From the NCBI RefSeq assembly GCF_006345805.1, contig NC_042998.1:104470001-104534000 (forward strand): a stretch of 64,000 nt of DNA. Reading direction: 5' to 3'. The notes beneath the pieces are model-generated. The model was given only the letters and a program-made list of their open reading frames with translations, searched no databases and was not told where the DNA came from. Every line of letters starts with the position of its first letter. Positions within the stretch are counted from its first letter, which is position 1. The position numbers and the translations under genes were made by a program. This document shows positions 13,481 through 24,727 of the stretch, piece by piece. The DNA comes from Octopus sinensis (Eukaryota).

Positions 13481-13675
13481 TGGCGGTGGTGGTGGTGGTG
13501 GAGGGGGGCATACACAGACACAAAGACTCGCGCGCACACACACACACACACATATTATCATATGTGTGTGCGCGTGTGTGCTGTGCATGGGTGTATATGT
13601 ATATATTGCTCATTATGCATGCATAAATGTTTAGTTACGAGAGATAGAGGATACGACAGATAACAAATAAAATAA

Positions 13676-13874
13676 TGAATGAAAATCACGAGTCGACTGT
13701 GTCCTATATGCAAGATAAATATAATTATTGCTAATTAGTAAGGTGCGTGCAAGAATTTGTAATATGGGGAGGGACAACTTGATTTGTATTTTATGCACCA
13801 TAGAAGGATAAAACGCAAATTTGTCGTTGGTAGGATCTCAGCTTGGTGCATAAACAAATGTAATCAACTATCAA
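13676..13874 (+). repeat. 199-bp direct repeat, copy 1
   Basis: Matches 15290-15488 with 3 substitutions. Confidence 0.95.
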
Positions 13875-14521
13875 AAGTGATTTTGTCCGTCATTGATGAA
13901 AGTTACCCAATCCACCGCCCCAAACAGGAGAAATATCGTGGTCAGTGGACATACACATTGGCGTTGAATGTTAATCATTATATATGTGTTATATTTTTGT
14001 TTCGCCTAAAATATAATTCCCAATTATATGTAATGAAGCAATTAAGGTAAATGAATCGATATGTTTGTCGACCACACGTGTAATTTGTAAACTCCTGGCG
14101 AACTAAATACGTAGGTCAGGAACAGCACACTTGTCAGTCGAATGGATTCGACTGACTCCTGTAACGCTTTTTAGAAAGAGACAGAATCTCAAACTAATTT
14201 ATGCTGCTGACTGAAGTCGATAGCAATCATTAGGTGTTGGTACTTACCTTTGACACAGAAATTTAGGCAACTGACTAATTAGGTTAAATACTCGAATAAA
14301 ATATATATAGTTACGTATGTGAGCATATGTGTGTGTGCGCGTATGCACGTAAGCATGTGCGAGTATATATATATATGTATATATATATAGAGAGAGATAG
14401 ATAGATAGATAGATAGATAGATATAAATGTTAAGAATTATACGTTTATTCTGCCATAGATCAATGCATATCAGTAATTAGAATATACCAGTGTATCAGTC
14501 GTTAAAATATTAAAGCATATA

Positions 14522-14833
14522 TTTTTTTATGCGCCCTTTTCAAGCCTAGCTTGGCTCATGGGCCCGGTTTCCCGGTTTCTATGGCGTATGTGTTCCCTCC
14601 AGCTGGACGGGAGGCCAGTCCATCGCAGCGTTACTCAAGAAACAGGAAGAAAGAGTGAGAGAAAGTTGGGGCGAAAGAGTACAACAGGAGTCGCCACCAC
14701 CCCCTGCCGGAGCCTCGTGGAGCTTTAGGTGTTTTCGCTCAATAAACACACACAACGCTCGGTGTGGGAATCGAAACCGCGATCTTCCGACCGCGAATCC
14801 GCTGCCCTAACCACTGGGCCACTGCACCTCCAC
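14522..14833 (-). mobile_element. tRNA-derived SINE, family C (Meta/V-like central domain)
   Basis: A-box TGGCCCAGTGG, B-box GGTTTCGATTCC, central CTGCGATGGACTGGCCTCCCGTCCAG...GAAACCGGG block and an A-rich tail. Confidence 0.85.
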
Positions 14834-15289
14834 ACTCAGACACACACATTCTAAAGACTGATATGCATTGACCTATTACAGAATATATGTATAATTAGAT
14901 TGCTGAACCTATCTGAAATTCTCCTTAACATTTTTTTATACCTTCGGGCCTCGGGTATTTTATCTGAGTACTTCTGACTACTGACTATACAATAAATAAA
15001 CTTTACTATATATATATATATATATATATATATGGAAACGAAAGTTATAGCACCGGTTTCGCCCCGTCCAGATCTTCCTGAACGTCAGCTCAAGTCTTTT
15101 CTGCAAGTGTCGACTTGCAACGGTACAAGGTGAAGTTTAATGGCTTAAATCTCAACTGTCTTGGAGGGCTTGCGATGATCATGGGCGTTACCATTACCTC
15201 CAGAGCCGTTATGTGAAAATATACGCAGATGTATATTACATACCGACTTGTAATCTCTCTGCTACACTCTTAGGCATTGTGCCAGATAG

Positions 15290-15488
15290 TGAATGAAAAT
15301 CACGAGTCGACTGTGTCCTATATGCAAGATAAATATAATTATTGCTAATTAGTAAGGTGCGTGCAAGAATTTGTAATATGGGGAGGGACAACTTGATTTG
15401 TATTTTATGCACCACAGAAGGATAAAACGCAAATTTGTCGTTGGCAGGATTTCAGCTTGGTGCATAAACAAATGTAATCAACTATCAA
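15290..15488 (+). repeat. 199-bp direct repeat, copy 2
   Basis: Matches 13676-13874. Confidence 0.95.
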
Positions 15489-15839
15489 CTAGTTTTCAGG
15501 TAGCATCTTTCTTATATTTTGTAAAGCGTATATATTTTCATTGGTTAACCAGTCATAAGAAACCTTGCTCTCTTTTTCCTACGCAAAACATTAAATCACC
15601 CGGTTATTAAAAAAACAGAAAAAAATCCAGTAACTTATTAAATGCATTAATCAGATATAGTAGGTCGAACCAATCGACTAGATTCTCTTAAAATTGTAAA
15701 ATATGAAATAATAATAATGTACATAGCAAAAATAATTACGTGAAAGCTGTAAAATTCTTATATGAAGGCTAATTTATTACTGCAAATAAAAATAAATACG
15801 TGAATTTGATGGCGGTGGTGAGAGATGAATCGTACAACC

Positions 15840-16062
15840 CAATGGTTCTCAACCATGGTCCACGTAAGATTTTTTTTGTTAAAATTTATGTGCAGTAAAG
15901 TGGTTATAATTCTACCATACACAAATTTAAAAAAAAATTCTTATAGAATTTTTAATAACATATAATTTTAAAAACTATAAAGTTTTTTTTAAATATCAAA
16001 TAATTGCGAGAGTCCATAGAAAACAAAGGGATCCATAGGTAAAAAAGGGTTGCGAACCTCTG
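15840..16062. mobile_element. hAT/Charlie-like MITE
   Basis: TIRs CAATGGTTCTCAACC / GGTTGCGAACCTCTG; degenerate 8-bp flanks GTACAACC / TTATAACA. Confidence 0.65.
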
Positions 16063-16132
16063 TTATAACACACCAAAATGTTGCGGAGTCTATGAAATGC
16101 CGAGTATAGCTTGAATAAGTAAGATTATAGAG

Positions 16133-16460
16133 CAGGCCTGGCCAACTCGAATTATATTGCGGGCCACTTTAATTATAGAAAGCTTTTTGAGTGCTGCTTG
16201 TACACTTACACAATTGAAAGCATTTTGCTTTCTCATGTTATTATTACAATAATGAATGAATGATCATTGATTCAACATGAAATATCGTTGCAAAAACAGT
16301 AGTATCTTTCTTTTTTACTTTTCATAACAGTCCTTAATTTTTTACAAAATTTAAAAAATTTTTGTTTAAAGAAAGCCATTTCAAGAAAGTATCAGGCGGG
16401 CCGCAAGATGAAAGTCTGCGGGGCGCATGCAGCCCACGGGCTTCAGGTTGGCCATCCCTG
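16133..16460. mobile_element. hAT/Charlie-like MITE
   Basis: TIRs CAGGCCTGGCCAAC / GTTGGCCATCCCTG; 8-bp TSD TTATAGAG / TTATAGAA; subterminal GCGGGCC motifs. Confidence 0.85.
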
Positions 16461-16565
16461 TTATAGAACTTCTATAAAATTTGTATTGAACACGGCAAGC
16501 TTACAAAGCACAAGACAAACATATTAGTATTTCCACTAATTATACTTGTACAATACATCTGCTTT

Positions 16566-16760
16566 GTGGAGGCGCGTGGCTTAGTGGTTAGGACTTTGGA
16601 TTCATGATCGTAAGATGGTGGTTTCCATTCCTGAACCGAGCGACACGTAATTTTCTTGAGCAAAACACTTTATTCCACGTTGCTCCAGTCCACTCAGCTG
16701 ACAAAAATGAGTAATTCTGCGACAGACCGGCGTCCCTTCCAGATGGGGAATACATACATC
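16566..16760 (+). mobile_element. Diverged tRNA-derived SINE related to family C
   Basis: GTGGAGGCGCGTGGCTTAGTGGTTAGG head and GAGTAATTCTGCGACAGACCGGCGTCCC block. Confidence 0.7.
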
Positions 16761-17110
16761 TGCTTCCAATTAAATGTGTCGGGCCATTTAAGAATGGACG
16801 ATGTCTCTCTTAGGCCTTAGATATGACATTGCATCTTTACTGTAACGCAGTCGCTTAATCTGATGCTCACATTTTACAATTGTGTAAATTACCTTTCCCC
16901 CTCTTGACAGGCATCAGTATTGTACCAAAGTATCATATTACTAAGGTGGTGTACATCAGCACATAAGCAGATTCAATATCGTATAGAAAATAATAAAAGA
17001 TGATACATATGTGGAGTAGAGAATGTTCTACAATCTCCTACTCACTCTCTGTTGCTCCTCCTCTCTCTTCTCTCATCTTTCTCTCTCTTTCTCTCTATAT
17101 ATATATGTGT

Positions 17111-17144
<34 letters not shown>

Positions 17145-17289
17145 TGTGTGTGTGTGTGTATACAATATGAAATACGCACACATACAAATATGCAAGGTCG
17201 TCTCAATCAGGGTTCACCATTATGTAACTTCACATAGAAACCTTTGTAAAAGGCAAGACCGATAAAATTTGACAACCATGAAGTTACAC

Positions 17290-17465
17290 GTTGACTTCAG
17301 AATACAAAGAGCCGGATAAGAGACAGCGGGGCAAATCATCTGACAATCTAACAATTCCGTCAAATCACTACCCTGAAATGATACTTTATTTTTTACTGAC
17401 TCCAAAGGGATGAAAGGCAATGTTGACTACCATGGGTTTTAAACTCAGAGCGCAAGGAGCCAGAA
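17290..17465 (-). mobile_element. Old SINE family B remnant
   Basis: GGGATGAAAGGCAATGTTGAC...AAACTCAGAGCG matches the reverse complement of family B. Confidence 0.5.
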
Positions 17466-17513
17466 TTTATGGTGCATGACATTCTCTCCGACTCACTATC
17501 GGCACTACCTCAT

Positions 17514-17924
17514 TCATACATACATACATACAACATACATGCATACAAACATACATGCATACATACATACATGCATACATACATACGTACATACATGCAT
17601 ACATACATATATGCATACATAGATAGATACATACATACATGCATGCATACATACATGCATACATACATGCATACATACATACATACATGCATACATGCAT
17701 GCATACATACATACATGCATACAAACATACATGCATACATACATACATGCATACATACATCATACATACATACATGCATACATACATACATGCATACATT
17801 GATACATACATACATACATGCATGCATACATGCATGCATACATGCATGCATACATACATACATACATGCATACATACATACATACATCCATACATACATA
17901 CATACATACATACATACATACATA
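17514..17924. repeat. Long degenerate (ACAT)n/(GCAT) microsatellite abutting an R4-like LINE
   Basis: Read directly. Confidence 0.95.
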
Positions 17925-18650
17925 AAGATAGAGTAACCCGAGAATATTACACTAGACTTAGGAAAATATGGCATCGGAGCTCTCCTCTTACAACAAAACA
18001 ATATCCCACAATGCTTTTGCAGTGCTAGTGCTGATCCCAACATTTGGGACACTTAATTGGTTTGTAGAGTAAATCCATTCTATAGATATCAAAACTGAAA
18101 AATCCTGACGACAACTGGGAACTTTCACAGAAACATTGATGCTGACAGGTTCTCCCCAAGAAGAAATGAAGGTGGTAGAAGCCTGAGATCACTGCAGGTG
18201 ACCTTCGGATGTCGTATGGTATCACTCAGACAGCACCTTCTAAACAACAGCAGCAAAACGAGAAATATAAATGCAGTGCTGAAATGTGAAGTGAGCAACA
18301 TTGTACGAGTTGGCTGAGTTCCTCACAAAGCACTCTCTTCCCGATGATCTCCTATACAGCCCCAAAACAGTTGGACTCTCTTACCTCAGAGAAAACCTAG
18401 ATGGAAAGCACTCAGCATACACAAAAAAAATGTCATCATGGTACCTAAAATGTTGTCAGGGTACTATGTCCATATGCGGCATGATGTTGTTGCTAAACGC
18501 AAAACAGACTGTCCTGAAATAAACTTAGAAAATCACTCTTTTGTGGAATACATTCATAAACACCAACTCAAGGAATACTGATAGTATATTCCTATCAAAA
18601 CTTCTGTTAAATGTAAATATAACGGGCCAGATATTGTTGTTTGGGACAGA
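17925..18650 (+). pseudogene. Decayed R4/Dong-clade LINE fragment
   Basis: KDRVTREYYTRLRKIW, SYNKTISHNAFAVLVLIPTFG, NFHRNIDADRF..RNEGGRSL and RLE-type KCKYNGPDIVVWDR, with frameshifts. Confidence 0.85.
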
Positions 18651-18938
18651 GGGGATTAATAATATAAACGGACGTGACTTCAATATCTTCCGTTTGGGAA
18701 GACTGAGCACGACAAAGGTTCGCCGTTAAGCTGACTCTACCACTCAGTCGTGCTCACTTGAACAACTGAATTTTGAAATGGGCTCAGATCCTCAAATTTA
18801 GGGATCTAGAATAGTTTTACTATTGACCTCAAATGCCATGAATGATGAAAATAAAACAAAATTGTAATAAAAACACAATTCAGAGAATAAACATTAAAAG
18901 CAAATTATGAGCAAATTTATAAATAGTGAAATTCTAAC

Positions 18939-19237
18939 CTCCTCAATATCCATTTTTATTGCCCTGTCCGGTGTTAAGAATGAATCGAAACTTGATCCGA
19001 CAGCGTAGTTGGCCACACTGACGTCACAAGAGGGCTTTTCTAGTCCTCTTTCCTCTTTGATTTCTGTCTTTTCTGTCCCCACCTCCACCAATGGGACATC
19101 AACCGTCGTCGCCACCGCCACCGCCGCCGTTGCTACTGCTGATGTTGCTGCCGGTGCCGCTGCGGGAGTCGTTTCCACTTCTGCTAGCTTTGTAGCAGTG
19201 AAGGCGGCAGCTTCGATGTGGTTAGTAGCAATGGTGG
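18939..19237 (-). CDS. Candidate exon, unidentified protein (alternative internal acceptor gives 18939-19017)
   Basis: Acceptor TTTTTGTATTCACTAATTTAG with a CTAAT branch-like motif and donor GTTAGA. Open frame ...EVGTEKTEIKEERGLEKPSCDVSVANYAVGSSFDSFLTPDRAIKMDIEE. Confidence 0.4.
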
Positions 19238-19955
19238 CTAAATTAGTGAATACAAAAAGAAAGACTGTTTATTATTGTCGCTGGTGGTGGTGGTGGTGGT
19301 GGGGTGATAGGGTTGTGATGGTAGTAGTGGTGTTAGTGGTTGTAGCTGTGGTGATAGTTTTGTATGTAGAGGTAGTGTAGATAATGGTGTAAGTGATATT
19401 AGAGGGCTTTGACGGCGGTACTAGAGCTAGCAGTGGTGGTGATGGTGGAGGTTGTTCAAGAGGTGATAGTAGTGAAGGTAACAGTGGTAGTGGTGGTGAG
19501 GAGAGTTTCGGAGTTGGAAGTGGTGATAGAGTGTGTGGTGTTAGTGTTGGTTGTAGTAATGGTGGTGGTAATGGTGTTAGAGTTGGTGTTGGTGTAATAG
19601 CAATAGAGTTGTAAGCGGTTGGTTAATAGTTTTGGGAACGGTTGCACTTGCGTCGGTCGTAGCGCTGGTTATAATGATGGCAGTGGAGGCAGTGGTGGTA
19701 GTGGCGGTAGTGACGGTTGCAGTGGTAGTGGTGTTGGTGGCGTTGATGATTGACAGTTTATTAATACCACTAGTTATGGCCGTTGTTTAATTGAAAGACC
19801 TGAAAGGAAGCGAAAAGTATATATAAATATATATAGTACAAAGTAAGATAGGGGTTATGAGGGTAACCCACAATGGGATGAAATTGTAATATCCGTAAGT
19901 TGATGATCGAAATGAATTTGTTCCTCCATTTTCTTATATGTAATATAAATAAATA

Positions 19956-20038
<83 letters not shown>

Positions 20039-20048
20039 ATATATATGT

Positions 20049-20220
20049 ATATATATATAACGGGAAGGTTTACGAAAATAAACAAAAAACGAAGGCAGGT
20101 GGAGTACAAACAAACAATTGTATTAGTATGGCGCTCAGGAATAGAAATAAAACAAGTCTTTTACGTTTCGAGCCTACGCTCTTCGACAGAAAGGTAGACA
20201 GAAAACAAACAAGGAGAAAC
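20049..20220 (-). mobile_element. Short Penelope-like terminal-repeat fragment carrying a hammerhead-like motif (family D), ending in (TA)n
   Basis: Shares CTGTCGAAGAGCGTAGGCTCGAAACGTAAAAGAC and the downstream CCTGAGCG...TAATACA block with 58060-58217 and 33700-33870. Confidence 0.7.
20158..20193 (-). ncRNA. Minimal type I hammerhead ribozyme-like motif (A6U core variant)
   Basis: CUUU-CUGUCGA-A-GAGC(GUAG)GCUC-GAA-ACGU-A-AAAG: stem I CUUU/AAAG, stem II GAGC/GCUC, palindromic stem III ACGU, cleavage triplet GUA. Confidence 0.6.
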
Positions 20221-20268
20221 ACACACACACACACACATATATATATGAATAAAACGTTAAAGATTTAC

Positions 20269-20376
20269 CCATGAAAGTTAACCAATCCTGGAAAGACAGG
20301 GTTCATGACAACCCTTCCTCCATCTAACAGAGAAATTGGTGCTGTCATATTTAACAGAACTTCTTCAGGTTGGCGT
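20269..20376 (-). CDS. Candidate 108-nt exon, unidentified protein
   Basis: Acceptor TGTGTTTTTAAAG, donor GTAAAT; frame RQPEEVLLNMTAPISLLDGGRVVMNPVFPGLVNFH. Confidence 0.28.
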
Positions 20377-20789
20377 CTTTAAAAACACATACGCACACAC
20401 ACACACACAGAGTTATGGTATAGTCTATTAAGAACGTAGTAGAGTACAGTATAAAGCTCATTCACCTTTAGATTTCCCCCTGTGCTATCCAGTAGTAGTA
20501 TTATATGTACTTCCAAGTTTGCGTTTGGGCTTCTGTCGTGTGTGAATAGATAACTGAAAAAATTGGAGCCAACAAATGTAGAAATTAAAAAATAAATGTC
20601 CAACCGTACACCTTCTTGTTCAGTCCAATTTTATGTATGTATGTATGTATGTATTATGTATGTATGTATGTATGTATGTATGTATGTATGTGTGTATGTA
20701 TGTATGTATGTATGTATGTATGTATGCATGCATGAATATATGTATGTATGTATGGATGGATGGATGGATGGATAGTCGGATGTATAGAT

Positions 20790-21088
20790 GGATCTCTTCT
20801 ACTTTTTTAATTATTATATATCTTCCACAGAGGAGGGTGCCAGTTTCCAACAAAGATACAAGGCTCCATCTTTGGGATGTAGTTAATACAAATTCACATT
20901 TGAAACTTGAGAAAAGTTTTGCATATTTTTACTGTTCCACTCACAGATTGTACTTGTAATGTACGAATCAGCCGGTCAATTTCTCCTTCTGAAAATCCCA
21001 GTTTATCCAAAATCTCCTTTGAGCATTTACTAACAAAACTGAGTAATCCAATTATTATTGATATGAACATGAATATGAATTCATAGTC
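20790..21088 (-). pseudogene. R4/Dong-clade LINE 3' end (second subfamily)
   Basis: DYEFIFMFISIIIGLLSFVSKCSKEILDKLGFSEGEIDRLIRTLQVQSVSGTVKICKTFLKFQM*, followed by a UTR and (ATCC)/(ACAT) repeats. Confidence 0.85.
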
Positions 21089-21099
21089 TGTATGTATGT

Positions 21100-21311
21100 C
21101 ATTATTTAGTTCTATTTCAAGATTTCTTGCCAATATAAAAAGAACCGGTTTCTAACCTAGATCAAAGGCTCCTTCATTGGAATTTCAACATCAATAAAAA
21201 AGGTATTTTTCTTTGTATGTATGTATGTATGTATGTATGTATGTATGTATGTATGTATGTATGTATGTATGTATGTATGCATGTATGTATGTATGTACGT
21301 ATGTACGTATG

Positions 21312-21342
<31 letters not shown>

Positions 21343-21773
21343 GTATGTTCAGATTGGTGTGTTTTGTGTATATATTCACATGCATATAGTGGCATGTCTA
21401 GACATGCTCATATATATATTTAAATGTTAAAATTCTGGTAAGTTTTACAGATTTTTACAGTATCAGTGATGGACTGGATCTGTAAGTCTTCGAATTAGCT
21501 TTCTCCTTTAAGGTTTTGAGAAGCCTAATTTCTCAAGATTGATATTTAGGCAATGTGTTACATATCCCAGGGCTACAGTAATTACTGGTATAAACCTGAA
21601 CCTGTAATCTGGATAGAGTAACTGCAGATTTCTCAATAGTTCAGCATGCGTGTTCTCTTTTTCACTGATCTTCAGCTTTATGTTAACATCCGCTGGACCG
21701 CTAATTTCCACAAATGTGTACAGTTCCAGTTCTCTATCCCAAATCATTACAGCAGATCTCTTGTGCCTACATT
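21100..21773 (-). pseudogene. 5'-truncated R4/Dong-clade LINE with intact 3' terminus
   Basis: IWDRELELYTFVEISGPADVNIKLKISEKENTHAELLRNLQLLYPDYRFRFIPVITVALGYV (RLE region); 3' UTR shared with the copies at 31463 and 33144. Confidence 0.9.
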
Positions 21774-21805
21774 ATGTATGAATGTATGTACGTATGTATG
21801 TATAA

Positions 21806-21954
21806 GCGCAGATGTAGCTGTGTAGTAAGAAGATTGCTTCCCAGCCACGTGGTTCCGAGATCAGACTCAGTGTGTGGATCCATGGGCAAGTGTTTTCTAC
21901 TGCAGCCTTGGGTCAACCATAGCCTTGCGAAATTTGGTAGACAAAAACTGAAAG

Positions 21955-22020
<66 letters not shown>

Positions 22021-22210
22021 TCTTTTATTCTTTTATTTGCTTCAGTCATTTGACTGCAGCCATGCTGGAACACCGCCTTTAGTCGAACAAATCGACCCTA
22101 GGACTCATTCTTTTTCCTTGTAAGCGTAGTACTTATTCTGTAGGCCTCTTTTGCCGAACCATAAGTTACGGAGACATAAACACACCAACATTGATTGTCA
22201 AGCGATGGTG
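21806..22210. mobile_element. SINE family A head (+) joined across (GT)n to a family A tail in reverse orientation
   Basis: 21806-21958 matches the head on +; 22021-22210 matches the tail on -. Confidence 0.75.
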
Positions 22211-22509
22211 TGTGAGTGCGTGCGCGTGCACGCGCGTTTATCGCCATTTTAACGTGGGTGTTTCCTAAAAGATGACGATACTACTGTTTTAACCCCGGAA
22301 GATATCTCCCTCAGCTAGTTTATTCAGTGTGCTTTTGCTCTAGATAATATGCATATTTAATATCTCTCTATATGCATCTGTGTGTGTGTTTATATGTCCA
22401 TGTAGGTATATCAGAACCCGGTGTATAAAAACAACTCTAATATATTATGTGCATTTTAAAATGCATACTGTAAAACGCAATGCAGTGCATCCATGTTAAT
22501 TAATATTCT

Positions 22510-22659
22510 GTATGGTAAGTAGGTTGCTTACGAACCACATGGTTCCGGGTTCAATCCCACTGCGTGGAACCTTGGGCAAGTGTCTTCTACTATAGCTTCG
22601 GGCCGACCAAAGCCTTGTGAGTGGATTTGGTAGACGGAAACTGAAAGAAGCCCGTCGTG

Positions 22660-22729
<70 letters not shown>

Positions 22730-22967
22730 GGTGTGTATGTGTATATATGTTTGTGCGTCTGTGTTTGTCTCCCCACCATCGCTTGACAACCGATGCTGGT
22801 TTGTTTACGTCCCCGTAACTTGGCGGTTCGGCAAAAGAGACCGATAGAATAAGTACTAGGCTTACAAAGAATGGGTCCTTGGGGCGATTTTCTCGACTAA
22901 AGGCGGTGCTCCAGCATGGCCGCAGTCAAATGACTAAATCAAGTTAAAGAGTAAAAAAGTAAAGAGA
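22510..22967 (+). mobile_element. SINE family A with expanded internal (TA)n
   Basis: Near-consensus, first few bases missing. Confidence 0.92.
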
Positions 22968-23997
22968 GTATCATCGAATATACGTTTAGGCAAATCACTT
23001 AGACCAGACGAGCTGAGTTCTCCGTAAATGCTAAAAATGTCTACAAGGTGGTCATCTATTCATGGACGGAAGATAGCAAGACTTTCTCTCACGAAGGTCA
23101 AATCGATCTCACATTTTCGGTCTACGGAGAGACAAACACCATGACGTAACCTCTTAGTTTACTTCACACAGCGATGCTAAAATTGTATGTTTATTAAAAA
23201 AAAAGGTATACCTTACATTTCAATTTATCCAAAAACGCTGCGTTTTCTACTATGATTTAAGTAGGTAACTATATATTAAAACCCGTAGCATGGCTTCACA
23301 CAGGTATTTATTATTTATTTTCCATTCCAATCACTACCTCTATTTACCTCCCAATGATGATCGCTAGTATTCACTCGGATACCATTATAAAACCATAGTA
23401 TTGATTTAATTATATAGCTAGCCCCATCACACAAACGCATACGTACGCACACAGGTTCACACATACGTACACACACACTCATTAATTCACACTAGCATAC
23501 ATGTTCTGTACTCTTTCTTGCGCTCTCTCTTTCCTCTCGCATTTACTCTTTCTCTTATTATACATCTGTTCGCTCGTATGTGTATGTCTCCTTATGTAAA
23601 TGCGTGTTTACATGAATCTATATATAAGTATACATTTACAAATAAGTAAAGGTTTTGCTAGTTATCATTCTCCAATTTTCATGAACACCCATTTAAATTA
23701 TTTAATACCTCAGAAAGTAATCAGAACGTATGAGGTGTGAATTCATGCTTATGTAACACAGCGTTTTAAAGTGGCTCCATTTTCCTTTTCCAGGAAGTAA
23801 TTATCTCCCTTTTGGCTTACCATCCTCAGAAATTCTACAGTCGCGATTTTACTCGCTTTCCGGGTAAGGAGGAATGTTAACATCAAAAATATTCTACAGT
23901 AAAACGAAAATTATTTTAAACATTAAAAATTTTATTTCGTATTTAGTATCCGTTAGTTTTCCTGATATACTGTCTCTTATATATACGTATGCGTGTG

Positions 23998-24048
<51 letters not shown>

Positions 24049-24134
24049 GTGTGTGTGCGTGTGTGTGCGTGCATGCATACATATATACATACCTGATGCA
24101 TACGTACATACATATATGTATATATGCATATATA

Positions 24135-24230
24135 CAGTAATCCCTCCACTACCGCGGGTGTTACGTTCTAAAACACCCCGCCATAGGTGAAAATCCGCGA
24201 AGTAGAAACAATACTGTATATTTTTATAAT
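24135..24230. mobile_element. pogo/Tigger-like MITE end
   Basis: TA|CAGTAATCCCTCCACTACCGCGGG; homologous to the right end of 42126-42354 in opposite orientation. Confidence 0.65.
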
Positions 24231-24518
24231 TTGTATATATTTACTTTATTATAATTGCAAAACACCACCACACACTGGCCTCCCGAGTTTCCTTTTCCAT
24301 ACAGTATGTGCGATTCTTTTTTTACTCATCTACGGTACTCTACGTATACTCTTTTGATATATTTTAATTAATGTGTTACACAATGCAGTACTGTACTGTA
24401 TTTGTATTTCTTAATTTATTTATTAATTATTAGGCGTGATTATTAAATTTTAGGCGTGAAAATGCTTATTTTACCACAAAAATAATTAAAACCTAAAAAA
24501 TATAAATCCTTATCAGCT

Positions 24519-24608
<90 letters not shown>

Positions 24609-24689
24609 TGTATGTGTGTATGCATGCATGTATATAAGCTCACACACATTTACATTCACCTTTCCAAGTATGTATAAATAAATTCGTAA

Positions 24690-24726
<37 letters not shown>

Positions 24727-24727
24727 T

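Noticed and set aside
14760-14833. tRNA genes at SINE heads
   Set aside because: The A/B boxes continue into SINE bodies and no complete cloverleaf is evident.
13676-15488. LTR retrotransposon or TRIM
   Set aside because: No TSD, PBS, PPT or coding remnant was found; kept only as an unexplained direct repeat.
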